From: an uncultured delta proteobacterium
Lineage (GTDB): Bacteria > Myxococcota_A > UBA9160 > JAFDET01
Length of the DNA stretch: 51,287 bases
Direction: 5' to 3'
Assembly (NCBI GenBank): GCA_947260035.1
Contig: CAMYOO010000040.1
Location: 1 to 51,287, forward strand
How positions within the stretch are numbered: the first letter of the stretch is position 1; each line of letters opens with the position of its first letter. Both the position numbers and the translations under genes were made by a program. The notes under the pieces were generated by a model, which was given only the letters and a program-made list of their open reading frames with translations, was not told the DNA's origin and did not search any database. Below are positions 21,344 through 30,127 of this stretch, piece after piece.

Positions 21344-24300
21344 CTAGCCGGGTGGGGTTGGAGCGCAATCGCCCCCGGGGCGCGGATCCGGCGCCGCCGC
21401 GGGCAGCCGGCGCCCGTGAACCAGGGCGTAGAGGACGGGGATCACGATCAGCGTCACCAGGGTCGCGCTGAGCACCCCGCCCACCATGGGTGCGGCGATG
21501 CGCCGCATGGCCTCCGAGCCGGTCCCGGCGCCCCACATGATGGGGAGCAGGCCGATGGCATCCGAAGCCACGGTCATCAACAGCGGCCGCGCCCGCCAGG
21601 TGGCCCCCTGCATCACCGCGGCGCGCAGGTCGGCGCGGGTGCGCAGTCGGCCTTCTGCCGCGAACCGCTCCCGCGCCTGGTTCAGGAAGAGGAGCATGAT
21701 GACGCCGGTCTCGGCGCTGAGCCCGGCCAGGGCCAGGAAGCCGGCGCCGACGGCGACGCTGAGGTCGTAGTCCAGGAGCCAGAGCAGCCAGACCCCGCCC
21801 ACCAGGGCGAACGGCAGACCCGCCAGCACCAGCAGCGTGTCCGTGACGGTGCGGAAGTTCAGGTAGAGCAGCAGCAGGATGATGCCCAGCGTCAGCGGCG
21901 CGATCAGGCGCATCCGCTGCGCGGCGCGCTCCATGTACTCGTACTGACCGCTCCAGGTCAGCGTGTAGCCGGGCGGAAGCTCCACGGACTCGTCCAGCAC
22001 CGCGCGCGCGCGGGTCACGTACGTTCCCACATCCACATCCGCCAGGTGCACGAAGACCCATGCATTCGGCCGCGCGTTCTCGGTCTTGATGGCCGGCGGC
22101 CCGGCACGGATCTCGATGCGCGCGAGCTGCTCCATCGGCACGTAGGCGCCGCTGGGCGTCGGCACCAGCACGCGGCGCAGGGCAGCCGGGTCGTCGCGCA
22201 GCTCGCGGCTGTAGCGCAGGTTCACCGGGTAGCGCTCCAGGCCCTCCACGGTGGTGGTGACGTTGGTGCCGCCGATGGCGGTGGCGATCACCTCGTTCAC
22301 ATCGCCCACAGTCAGGCCATAGCGCGCCGCTTCACGCCGATCGACTACGAAATCCAGGTAGCGGGCACCCATGACACGCTCGCCCACGACGCTGGCGGTC
22401 CCCTCCACGCCGCGCAGGGCCGCCTCCACGCGCTCGGACAGCCCCGCCAGCACCTCCAGGTCCGGTCCCGCCAGCTTGACGCCTACCTCCGTGCGAATGC
22501 CGGTGGAGAGCATGTCGATGCGCGTGCGAATGGGCATGACCCAGGCATTCGACACGCCCGGGAACTTCACCGCCGCGTCGAGCTCGGCGATGAGCCGCTG
22601 CAGCGTCATGCCCGGGCGCCACTCACTGCGCGGGCGCAAGCTGATGGTGGTCTCGAGCATGCTCAGGGGAGCGGGATCGGTGGGCGTGTCGGCGCGGCCC
22701 ACCTTGCCGAAGACGCGTTCCACCTCGGGAAATCCGGCGATCAGGCGGTCCGTCTGCTGCAGGATCTCCCGCGCCTTGGTGATGGAGAGGCCGGGCAGCG
22801 TGGTGGGCATGTAGAGCAGGTCGCCCTCGTCCAAGGGCGGCATGAACTCGGACCCCAGGCGCGCGAGCGGCCAGGCCGTGGAGCCGAGCACCACCAGGCC
22901 CAGCGCGATCACCGCGCCGCGGCGCCGCAGGGCGGCGGCCAGGGCCGGGCGGTAGATGCGCTGGATCGCCCGGTTGACCGGGTTGTTCTCCTCGGAGCGG
23001 ATGCGCCCGCGCACCAGCCACAGCATCAGCACCGGAACCACCGTGATCGAGAGCAGCGCCGCGCCGGCCATGGCGAAGGTCTTGGTGTAGGCCAAGGGCT
23101 TGAAGAGCCGTCCGGCCTCGGCCTGCAGCGCGAAGATGGGCAGGAACGAGACGGTGATGATGAGCAACGAGAAGAAGAGCGACGGACCCACCTCGACCGC
23201 CGCCTCCACCAGCACACGCTTGCGAGGAGTATCCGGCGGCGCGGCTTCCAGCCGCCGGTGCGCGTTCTCCACCATCACGATGCCCGCGTCGATCATGGTG
23301 CCGATGGCGATGGCGATGCCGCCCAGACTCATGATGTTGGCGTTGATGCCCAGGTGGGACATCACGCCCAGCGAGAAGAGCACGCCCAGGGGAAGCGTTG
23401 CGATCGCCACCAGGGCGCTGCGCGCGTGCAGCAGGAACACCATGCAGATGACGGCCACGATCAGGCCCTGCTGGAGCAGCTTGCCGCGCAGGTTGGCGAT
23501 GGCCCGTTCGATGAGCGGCGCCCGGTCGTAGACCGGGACGATCTCGACGCCCTCGGGCAGCGTCGGCGCCAGCTCGGCCAGCCGCGCCTTGACGCGCTCG
23601 ATGGTATCGAGGGCATTCTCGCCGAAGCGCATCACGACGATCCCGGCCACCACCTCGCCGACCCCGTCCAGATCCGTAAGCCCTCGACGCAACTCCGGCC
23701 CCAGGCTCACCCGCGCGACATCGCGCAACAGCACCGGCGTACCGCGCCCGTCCGTGGCCACGGCGGTGTCGCGCAGGTCGTCCAGACTCTTTATGTAGCC
23801 GCGCCCGCGCAGCATGAACTCCGTCTCGGCCATCTCGATGAGGCGGCCGCCGACTTCGCTGTTGCTGCGCTCGATGGCGCGTCGCACCTGGCGCAACGAC
23901 ACTCCGAACGCAGCCAGGACGTTGGGGTCCACCTCCACCTGGTACTGGCGCACGTGACCGCCGACGCTGGCCACCTCGGCCACGCCGGGCACGGCCTGCA
24001 GCTCGTAGCGCAGCTGCCAGTCCTGGATGGAGCGGAGCTCCGCCAGGTCGTGACCGCCGCTGCGGTCCACCAGCGCATACTGGTAGACCCAGCCCACGCC
24101 GGTGGCGTCGGGCCCCAGGGCCGGCGTCACGCCGTCCGGGAGCCGCGCCGCCACCGTGGACAGCGACTCGAGCACGCGGCTGCGCGCCCAGTAGAGGTCC
24201 GTGCCGTCGTCGAAGATGACGTACACGAACGAGAGACCAAAATAAGAATAGCCGCGCACCACGCGCGCCCTGGGCACGGCCAGCATGGCGGTGCTCAACG

Positions 24301-24502
24301 GATAGGTGACCTGGTCCTCCACCACCTGGGGCGCTTGCCCCGGGAAGTCGGCGAACACGATCACCTGGACGTCCGAGAGATCCGGGATCGCGTCCACGGG
24401 CAGCCGCGCCAGGGCCCAGCCTCCCCAGGCCAGCAGCCCCACCATGCCAAGGCCGACCAGGACCGGGTTGTTGGCCGACGCCTCGATGATCCGGCGCAGC
24501 AC
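21344..24502 (-). CDS. cusA: Heavy-metal efflux RND pump, CusA/SilA type
   Basis: 1052 aa. The N-terminal DAIPDLSDVQVIVFADFPGQAPQVVEDQVTYPL is the CusA-type pattern as I recall it; CzcA has DAVPDITNVQV. 12-TM RND architecture. Confidence 0.93.
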   Translation of the reverse strand: MLRRIIEASANNPVLVGLGMVGLLAWGGWALARLPVDAIPDLSDVQVIVFADFPGQAPQVVEDQVTYPLSTAMLAVPRARVVRGYSYFGLSFVYVIFDDGTDLYWARSRVLESLSTVAARLPDGVTPALGPDATGVGWVYQYALVDRSGGHDLAELRSIQDWQLRYELQAVPGVAEVASVGGHVRQYQVEVDPNVLAAFGVSLRQVRRAIERSNSEVGGRLIEMAETEFMLRGRGYIKSLDDLRDTAVATDGRGTPVLLRDVARVSLGPELRRGLTDLDGVGEVVAGIVVMRFGENALDTIERVKARLAELAPTLPEGVEIVPVYDRAPLIERAIANLRGKLLQQGLIVAVICMVFLLHARSALVAIATLPLGVLFSLGVMSHLGINANIMSLGGIAIAIGTMIDAGIVMVENAHRRLEAAPPDTPRKRVLVEAAVEVGPSLFFSLLIITVSFLPIFALQAEAGRLFKPLAYTKTFAMAGAALLSITVVPVLMLWLVRGRIRSEENNPVNRAIQRIYRPALAAALRRRGAVIALGLVVLGSTAWPLARLGSEFMPPLDEGDLLYMPTTLPGLSITKAREILQQTDRLIAGFPEVERVFGKVGRADTPTDPAPLSMLETTISLRPRSEWRPGMTLQRLIAELDAAVKFPGVSNAWVMPIRTRIDMLSTGIRTEVGVKLAGPDLEVLAGLSERVEAALRGVEGTASVVGERVMGARYLDFVVDRREAARYGLTVGDVNEVIATAIGGTNVTTTVEGLERYPVNLRYSRELRDDPAALRRVLVPTPSGAYVPMEQLARIEIRAGPPAIKTENARPNAWVFVHLADVDVGTYVTRARAVLDESVELPPGYTLTWSGQYEYMERAAQRMRLIAPLTLGIILLLLYLNFRTVTDTLLVLAGLPFALVGGVWLLWLLDYDLSVAVGAGFLALAGLSAETGVIMLLFLNQARERFAAEGRLRTRADLRAAVMQGATWRARPLLMTVASDAIGLLPIMWGAGTGSEAMRRIAAPMVGGVLSATLVTLIVIPVLYALVHGRRLPAAAPDPRPGGDCAPTPPG

Positions 24503-24504
24503 GC

Positions 24505-25917
24505 TCAGTGCTCCCCGTGCACGTGGGCAGCGGGCGCTTCGAGCGCTGGCGCCGGTATGGGATCTTCGTGCTGCATGGGAGCGGGCTCGTGGTGATGCTC
24601 CATGGGCGCCATGGGCGCCGCGTCTGGGGCGCCCTCCCCTTTCTCGCTCAACAGCTTGCGCACGGCCTCCTGGAGGCGGCTCTCGCTGTCGATCAGGAAC
24701 TGCCCGGACACCACGACCTGCTCGCCCGGCGTCGCGCCGGAGAGCACCTCGATCCAGCCATCACCTCCGTCGAGGCCCAGCGCCACGTCGCGAGGCTCGA
24801 AGTGGCCCTCGCCCCGCACCACCAGCACCAGGTTGCGGCGTCCCGAGCGGATCACCGCCTCGTCGGGAACGGCCACCGCGCCGGGACGGCCCTCGGTCTG
24901 GAGCTCCACGTTGGCGAACATCTCGGGCTTGAGGACGCGGTCCGGGTTCTCCAGCTCCAGGCGCACGCGCGCGGTGCGCGTGCGCGGATCCAGGAAAGGA
25001 TCGATGTACGTGACGTCGCCCGTGAAGCTGCGCCCCGGCAGGTAGCTCAGCTCTACGGTCCCGCGCTGGCCCACCGCCACCCAGGGCAGCTCGTGCTCGT
25101 AGATGTCGGCGTACACCCAGACACGGGAGAGGTCTGCGATGGTGTACAGGTTGTCCGACGGCTTGATCTCCATCCCCTCGCGCACCCCCAGGGACGTGAT
25201 GATGCCCCCGGCCGGTGCGTAGAGCGTCAGCGTCTTGCGGATCGAGCCGGTGGAGATGAGCCGGTCGATGGCCGCGTCCGGGATGTCCCAGAGTGCCAGA
25301 CGCCGCCGCGTGGCGTCGAACATGGCCTCGCCGCCGCGGCGCACATCGGGGAGCGGGCTGGACGCCGTGGCGTCCCGGTAGCGCACCGCCACCAGCAGCT
25401 CCTCCTGGGTGGAGACCAGCTCGGGCGAGTAGATCTCCAGCAGCGCTTCGCCGCGCGCCACCTCCTGGCCCTGGAACTGGGCGTGCAGCCTCTCCACCCA
25501 GCCCTGGACCTTGGTGTGCACGTGGGCGACGCGACGCTCGTCCCAGGCCACGCGACCCACGGTGCGGACGCGCCGCACCAGATCGCGGCGCTCCACCGCC
25601 TGCACGCGCACCCCCATGGTCTGCACCACGCGCGGGTCCACGCGCACCGAACCGTCGTCATCGGCGCCGCCCGTCGGAGAAGACGCCGCCTCGCCGGGGC
25701 ACGCGGGCACCAGGTCCATGCCCATGGGCGATTTGCCGGGCTCGTTGCGCACATACGTGGGATCCATGGGCGCGCGCCAGTAGAGCGCGGCGGCCCCGCC
25801 CGGACAGGGCCCCGCCGCATCGCCGGCGCCATCGCGACGCGCCGAGCCGGCCCACCAGCCGATGCCCGCCGCCACGGCGGCCAGAACCACGGCTCCCATC
25901 ACGGGTAGCGCCTTCAT
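24505..25917 (-). CDS. cusB: Efflux RND periplasmic adaptor (CusB-like) with a His/Met-rich C-terminal tail
   Basis: 3' 471 codons of ORF 24505..27732, starting at ATG 25917 (MKALPVMGAVVLAAVAAG). Typical MFP barrel and lipoyl segments are present (YSPELVSTQEELL..., LTLYAPAGGIITSLGVREGM). ATGA overlap with the upstream OMF gene. Confidence 0.9.
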   Translation of the reverse strand: MKALPVMGAVVLAAVAAGIGWWAGSARRDGAGDAAGPCPGGAAALYWRAPMDPTYVRNEPGKSPMGMDLVPACPGEAASSPTGGADDDGSVRVDPRVVQTMGVRVQAVERRDLVRRVRTVGRVAWDERRVAHVHTKVQGWVERLHAQFQGQEVARGEALLEIYSPELVSTQEELLVAVRYRDATASSPLPDVRRGGEAMFDATRRRLALWDIPDAAIDRLISTGSIRKTLTLYAPAGGIITSLGVREGMEIKPSDNLYTIADLSRVWVYADIYEHELPWVAVGQRGTVELSYLPGRSFTGDVTYIDPFLDPRTRTARVRLELENPDRVLKPEMFANVELQTEGRPGAVAVPDEAVIRSGRRNLVLVVRGEGHFEPRDVALGLDGGDGWIEVLSGATPGEQVVVSGQFLIDSESRLQEAVRKLLSEKGEGAPDAAPMAPMEHHHEPAPMQHEDPIPAPALEAPAAHVHGEH

Positions 25918-27197
25918 CGCAGCCCCTCTCCCAGCGCCGCCTCGAGGCCCGCGAAAGCCTCGCGGCGCTCTGCCTGGGCCTGCACGAGCCGAAGCTCCGC
26001 CTGCACCAGGTTGATCTGCGCATCCAGGAGCGACGGGAAGTCCACGCGCCCCACCTCGTACCCCGCACGGCTCGACTCGAGCGACTGCCGGGCCTGGGGC
26101 AGCAACCCCGTTCCCAGCAGCGCCACTTCCTCGTGGGCGCGAACCAGGCGCGCGTGCCCACTGCGAATCCGGTCGCGCAGCGCCGCGCGCTCTGCGCGCA
26201 AGCGCGCCTCCTCGCGCCGCAAGAGCGCGTCGCGCTCGGCCACCCGCGAACGCCACTTGGAGCGGTTCACCGGCAGGCGCAGGGTCACGCCGGCGGAAAC
26301 GAAGTCGTCGCCGTCCACCGTGTCGCCGGCCACCGAACGGCGCACCCGATACCCCAGGCCCACATCCACGTCGGGATAGCCTTCCAGCTGGGCGGCACGC
26401 CGGCGGCGGCGCGCCTCCTCGACCCGCTCCTGCAGCGCACGCAGGCGCGGGCTGGCCCCCTCCACCCGGGCCAGCAGCGGTCCCCGGTCGGGAATCGTGC
26501 CGGGCTCTTCGAGCTCTCCGGTCCGGCCCAGGCGCGCGCCCTCGGGAAGGTCCAGGAGCGCGGCGAGCCGCGCTTCGGCCGTGTCCACGGCCGCCACGTG
26601 ACGCAGGCGCTGCTGCAGCAGCGTCGTCAGCTCTACGTGAGCGCGCAGCACGTCCGGCTGGAGCCCGGAGCCTACGCGGTAACGGGCCTCTGCAATCTCC
26701 ACCAGCTGCCGCAGCAGGTCCAGGTTGCGGTCTGTGATCTCGATCGCACGCTGGGCGAAGCCCAGCTCCGCCCAGGCTTTCTCGACCTCGGCCGCCAGCG
26801 TGCGGCGGCGATCGTCGAACTCGGCCTCGGCGGCCCGCGCGCCGGAGCGCGCGGCCTCCGCACGGTTCGAGAGCAGGCCCGGGAACGGGAGCCGCTGGGA
26901 CAGACGCAGCTGGTGACCGGAGAGCGGAGTCGACTTGAAGTCCCAATCGCCTACCGGCACGTTGCTGGCCTCGTAGCTGAAGCGCGGGTCCTCCAGCGCT
27001 CCGGCGGGACCGATGCGCTGGCGGGCGGCGTCGGCCTGGGCGGCGTCGGCGGCCAGGCTGGGGTTGGCGCCCTGGGCGCGCTCGAGGCACCAGGCCAGGG
27101 TCAACGGCACGGGCGGCGCGACGACCTCGGTCGCCCCGGCGCTGGATGTGACGAGCGCAGCGGCCAGGACCGCGGCGCCCACGAAGCGGGCTCTCAT
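25914..27197 (-). CDS. Outer-membrane efflux factor (TolC/CusC family)
   Basis: Start at the internal ATG 27197, preceded by GGAGGAGGAG. Signal MRARFVGAAVLAAALVTSSAGA, followed by two OEP repeats with coiled-coil character. Confidence 0.88.
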   Translation of the reverse strand: MRARFVGAAVLAAALVTSSAGATEVVAPPVPLTLAWCLERAQGANPSLAADAAQADAARQRIGPAGALEDPRFSYEASNVPVGDWDFKSTPLSGHQLRLSQRLPFPGLLSNRAEAARSGARAAEAEFDDRRRTLAAEVEKAWAELGFAQRAIEITDRNLDLLRQLVEIAEARYRVGSGLQPDVLRAHVELTTLLQQRLRHVAAVDTAEARLAALLDLPEGARLGRTGELEEPGTIPDRGPLLARVEGASPRLRALQERVEEARRRRRAAQLEGYPDVDVGLGYRVRRSVAGDTVDGDDFVSAGVTLRLPVNRSKWRSRVAERDALLRREEARLRAERAALRDRIRSGHARLVRAHEEVALLGTGLLPQARQSLESSRAGYEVGRVDFPSLLDAQINLVQAELRLVQAQAERREAFAGLEAALGEGLR

Positions 27198-27304
27198 CTC
27201 CAACTCCTCCTCCGATCCCGCTGCCAAGGGCTGGGTCGGAATGGCGGACGGCGGCGCCGGCGCGAGCAACGCGCCGGCCCCGTACAGACGAAGCAGGAGT
27301 GGGA

Positions 27305-27682
27305 TCAGAGCCGCAGGACGCCGGTCGTGCGGAGCGGAGAGAAGGCTGGTGGTGCGCGAGTGCGATCGATGGCGGAACGAACGTCACTGGCGCCGGCTGC
27401 GGGCGCTGCAAGCGCAGCCGCCACGGCGGCCGCGGCCGGTTCGGCGGGAGTCGACACAGCCTGGACCAAGGCCTGAGCCAGGGTGGTGCAATGGAGCAGG
27501 CAGCTGCCGGACTCGGCGGGCGAGGCCGGCGCTTCCGAGGCGGCTTCGGGACCGGCTGCGCAGTGCCCGGCCGCCGGCGCCGGAACCTCGGCTGCGCGCG
27601 CCATGCCCGGGTGCCACGCCGCCGCCCACAGCAGCCCCTGCAGGACCAGCACTGCGGCCGTCGCTCGGGCGCTTCGCACCAT
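27305..27682 (-). CDS. Small secreted Cys/His-containing protein at the head of the cus operon (CzcI/DUF2946-like, tentative)
   Basis: 126 codons from ATG 27682. Signal MVRSARATAAVLVLQGLLWAAAWHPGMARA, then GHCAAGP, GSCLLHCTT and a C-terminal RAPP. No convincing SD. The family name is from memory. Confidence 0.5.
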   Translation of the reverse strand: MVRSARATAAVLVLQGLLWAAAWHPGMARAAEVPAPAAGHCAAGPEAASEAPASPAESGSCLLHCTTLAQALVQAVSTPAEPAAAAVAAALAAPAAGASDVRSAIDRTRAPPAFSPLRTTGVLRL

Positions 27683-27693
27683 GTTCGGCAAGG

Positions 27694-27712
27694 TATACCC
27701 CCTCCGGGTATA
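27694..27712. promoter_or_regulatory. Perfect 7-5-7 dyad TATACCC-CCTCC-GGGTATA (candidate metal-repressor operator)
   Basis: Read directly from the sequence. It lies in the 58-nt divergent region between the small cus-leader gene (ATG 27682, minus) and the GH3 gene (ATG 27741, plus). Confidence 0.4.
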
Positions 27713-27740
27713 TGGCAAGCCGGCCCCGGCAAGCGGCAGT

Positions 27741-30116
27741 ATGCTGACCGGCATGGCCGAACCCACCTACCGCGATGCCTCCAGCCCCGTCGAGAAGCGC
27801 GTCGAGGACCTCCTTCAGCGCATGAACCTGCAGGAGAAGGTCGCCCAGCTGGGTTGCGTCTGGTCCACGGCCCTCGTGGACGCCGACTGCTTTTCGGCGG
27901 AGAAGGCCACGGGCTTGATGGCGCGCGGAACCGGACAGGTAACCCGGATCGGTGCCGCCACCGGCCTGCGCCCCGCCGAGAATGCGGCCTTCATGAACGC
28001 CATCCAGGAATGGCTGATGACCGAGACGCGCCTGGGCATTCCCGCCCTGGTGCACGAGGAGAGCACCGCCGGCTTCTGCGCCCGCGACGCGGACCAGTTC
28101 CCCCAGGCCATCGGCCTGGCCGCCACCTGGGACCCGGACGCCGTCGGCGAAATGGCAGCGGTGATCCGCGAGCAGATGCTCGCGGTCGGTGCGCGCCAGA
28201 CGCTGGCTCCGGTGCTGGACGTGGCGCGTGAGCCGCGCTGGGGACGCGTGGAGGAAACCTACGGCGAAGACCCCTACCTGTGCAGCCGGCTCGGCGTGGC
28301 ATACGTGCGTGGGCTCCAGAGCGACGACCTGTCCCACGGCGTCGTCGCCACCGGCAAGCACTTCCTGGGCTACGGCCTCTCCGAGGGCGGCCACAACCAC
28401 AAGCCGGCGCATCTGGGCGCGCGGGAGCTGCGCGAGGTCTTCGCCCGCCCCTTCCTGGCCGCGATCCAGGAGGCGGGACTGGCCTCGATGATGAACGCCT
28501 ACAACGAGGTGGACGGCCTGCCCTGCGGCGGCTCCGCGGAGATCCTGGACGACCTGCTGCGCGGAGAGCTCGGCTTCCAGGGCACGGTGGTGGCGGATTA
28601 CGCCACGACGCTGCTGCTCATCGTCAGCCATCGCGTGGCCGACTCGAAGGCGGCGGCGGCGAAGATGGCGCTCGAAGCCGGCCTGGACGTCGAGCTGCCC
28701 GCCCTCGACTGCTACGCGGAGCTGGTGACGCTGGTCGAAGCGGGCGAGATGGATGAAGCCCTGGTGGACCGCTCGGTGCGGCGCGTGCTGCACCAGAAGT
28801 TCGAGCTGGGGCTCTTCGAGCGCTGGGGCGTGGATCCGGAACGCGCAACGATCCCGTACCAGACGCCCGAGACGCGCACGTTGGCCCGCGAGCTGGCCGT
28901 CCGCTCGCTGGTGCTGTTGAAGAACGAGGGAGAGCTGCTGCCGCTGGATCCGGCCACGCGCAGCATCGCGGTGCTGGGCCCGTGCGCGGACGACGTCAGG
29001 CTGCTCCAGGGCGACTACCACTACCCCGCGCACACCGAGATCATCTACAAGCGCCAGGACGACGACGCGGGCGACATCCTGCCGCGCTCCGACACGATCG
29101 CCTTCCAGGCGGGGCCCTACTATCCGCCGACCGTCACCCCGCTGGAGGGCATCCGCGCCGCCGTTGCGGCGGAGACGCGCATCCTCCACGCGCGGGGCTG
29201 CGACGTGCAGAGTCCGGATCCTTCGGGCATCGCCGACGCGGTGCAGGCGGCGCGCGAAGCCGATGTGGCCCTGGTCTTCGTGGGCGGCCGCTCCGGACTC
29301 ATGCCGGATTGCACCGTGGGCGAGTTTCGCGACGCCTCGGACCTGGCTCTGACGGGCGCGCAGCAGCGCCTGCTGGAGGAGGTGGTGGCCACGGGCACAC
29401 CGACCGTGGCGATCATCGTGAGCGGGCGCGTCCACGCCCTGCCCTGGGCCGCGGAGCATGTGCCCGCGCTGCTCTACGCCTGGGTTCCGGGCCAGGAAGG
29501 CGGTTCGGCGTTGGCGGACGTGCTGTTCGGAGCGGTTGCGCCATCCGGGCGACTCCCCGTGAGCCTGCCGCACTCTGCGGGCCAGCTTCCCATCTACCAC
29601 GGCCGGCACTGGCCGGTGACGGGAGGCGCGGGCCCCCTCACCCACAACTACTCCGACGGCCTGGCTGCGCCTCTCTACCCGTTCGGGCATGGGCTCTCCA
29701 CCACGACGTTCGAGTACGCCGACCTGGAGTTCGGCGCCGAGCGCGTGGCGCCCGACCAGCCCCTGGAGATCGCCTGCCGCATCCGCAACAGCGGCGCGCG
29801 GGCGGCCGACGAGGTGGTGCAGCTCTACGTACAGGATCCCGTTGCCAGCGTGGTGCGCCCGACCAGCCAGCTGGCCGGCTTTGCACGGGTGCCGCTGGAG
29901 CCGGGCCAGAGCCGGCGGGTCGTGTTCGAGCTGGACCCCAGCCAGCTCGCCCTCTACGACCGCGCCATGCGCTTCGTCGTCGAGCCGGGCAAGGTGTTGG
30001 TACGGATCGGCACCTCCTCCACGGACACACGCCTGCACGGTGAGTTCGAGATCGCGGGCGAGACCCGCGCGCTCGAACCGACGCAGCTGGTGCCGACGCG
30101 GGTGCGGGTCGAGTAG
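27741..30116 (+). CDS. Glycoside hydrolase family 3 beta-glucosidase/beta-xylosidase, no signal peptide
   Basis: Start at the internal ATG 27741 (MLTGMAEPTYRD...VEKRVEDLLQRMNLQEKVAQL). GH3 motifs KHFLGYG and GFQGTVVADY are present, with a C-terminal fibronectin-like domain. Confidence 0.92.
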   Translation: MLTGMAEPTYRDASSPVEKRVEDLLQRMNLQEKVAQLGCVWSTALVDADCFSAEKATGLMARGTGQVTRIGAATGLRPAENAAFMNAIQEWLMTETRLGIPALVHEESTAGFCARDADQFPQAIGLAATWDPDAVGEMAAVIREQMLAVGARQTLAPVLDVAREPRWGRVEETYGEDPYLCSRLGVAYVRGLQSDDLSHGVVATGKHFLGYGLSEGGHNHKPAHLGARELREVFARPFLAAIQEAGLASMMNAYNEVDGLPCGGSAEILDDLLRGELGFQGTVVADYATTLLLIVSHRVADSKAAAAKMALEAGLDVELPALDCYAELVTLVEAGEMDEALVDRSVRRVLHQKFELGLFERWGVDPERATIPYQTPETRTLARELAVRSLVLLKNEGELLPLDPATRSIAVLGPCADDVRLLQGDYHYPAHTEIIYKRQDDDAGDILPRSDTIAFQAGPYYPPTVTPLEGIRAAVAAETRILHARGCDVQSPDPSGIADAVQAAREADVALVFVGGRSGLMPDCTVGEFRDASDLALTGAQQRLLEEVVATGTPTVAIIVSGRVHALPWAAEHVPALLYAWVPGQEGGSALADVLFGAVAPSGRLPVSLPHSAGQLPIYHGRHWPVTGGAGPLTHNYSDGLAAPLYPFGHGLSTTTFEYADLEFGAERVAPDQPLEIACRIRNSGARAADEVVQLYVQDPVASVVRPTSQLAGFARVPLEPGQSRRVVFELDPSQLALYDRAMRFVVEPGKVLVRIGTSSTDTRLHGEFEIAGETRALEPTQLVPTRVRVE

Positions 30117-30127
30117 CGGGCGCTTCG

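Noticed and set aside
24505-27732. 1075-aa read-through ORF spanning cusB, the OMF gene and the small leader gene.
   Set aside because: Only the 3' 471 codons (from ATG 25917) have adaptor-protein sequence. The upstream part is an alternate frame of the OMF gene, which has its own signal peptide and SD.
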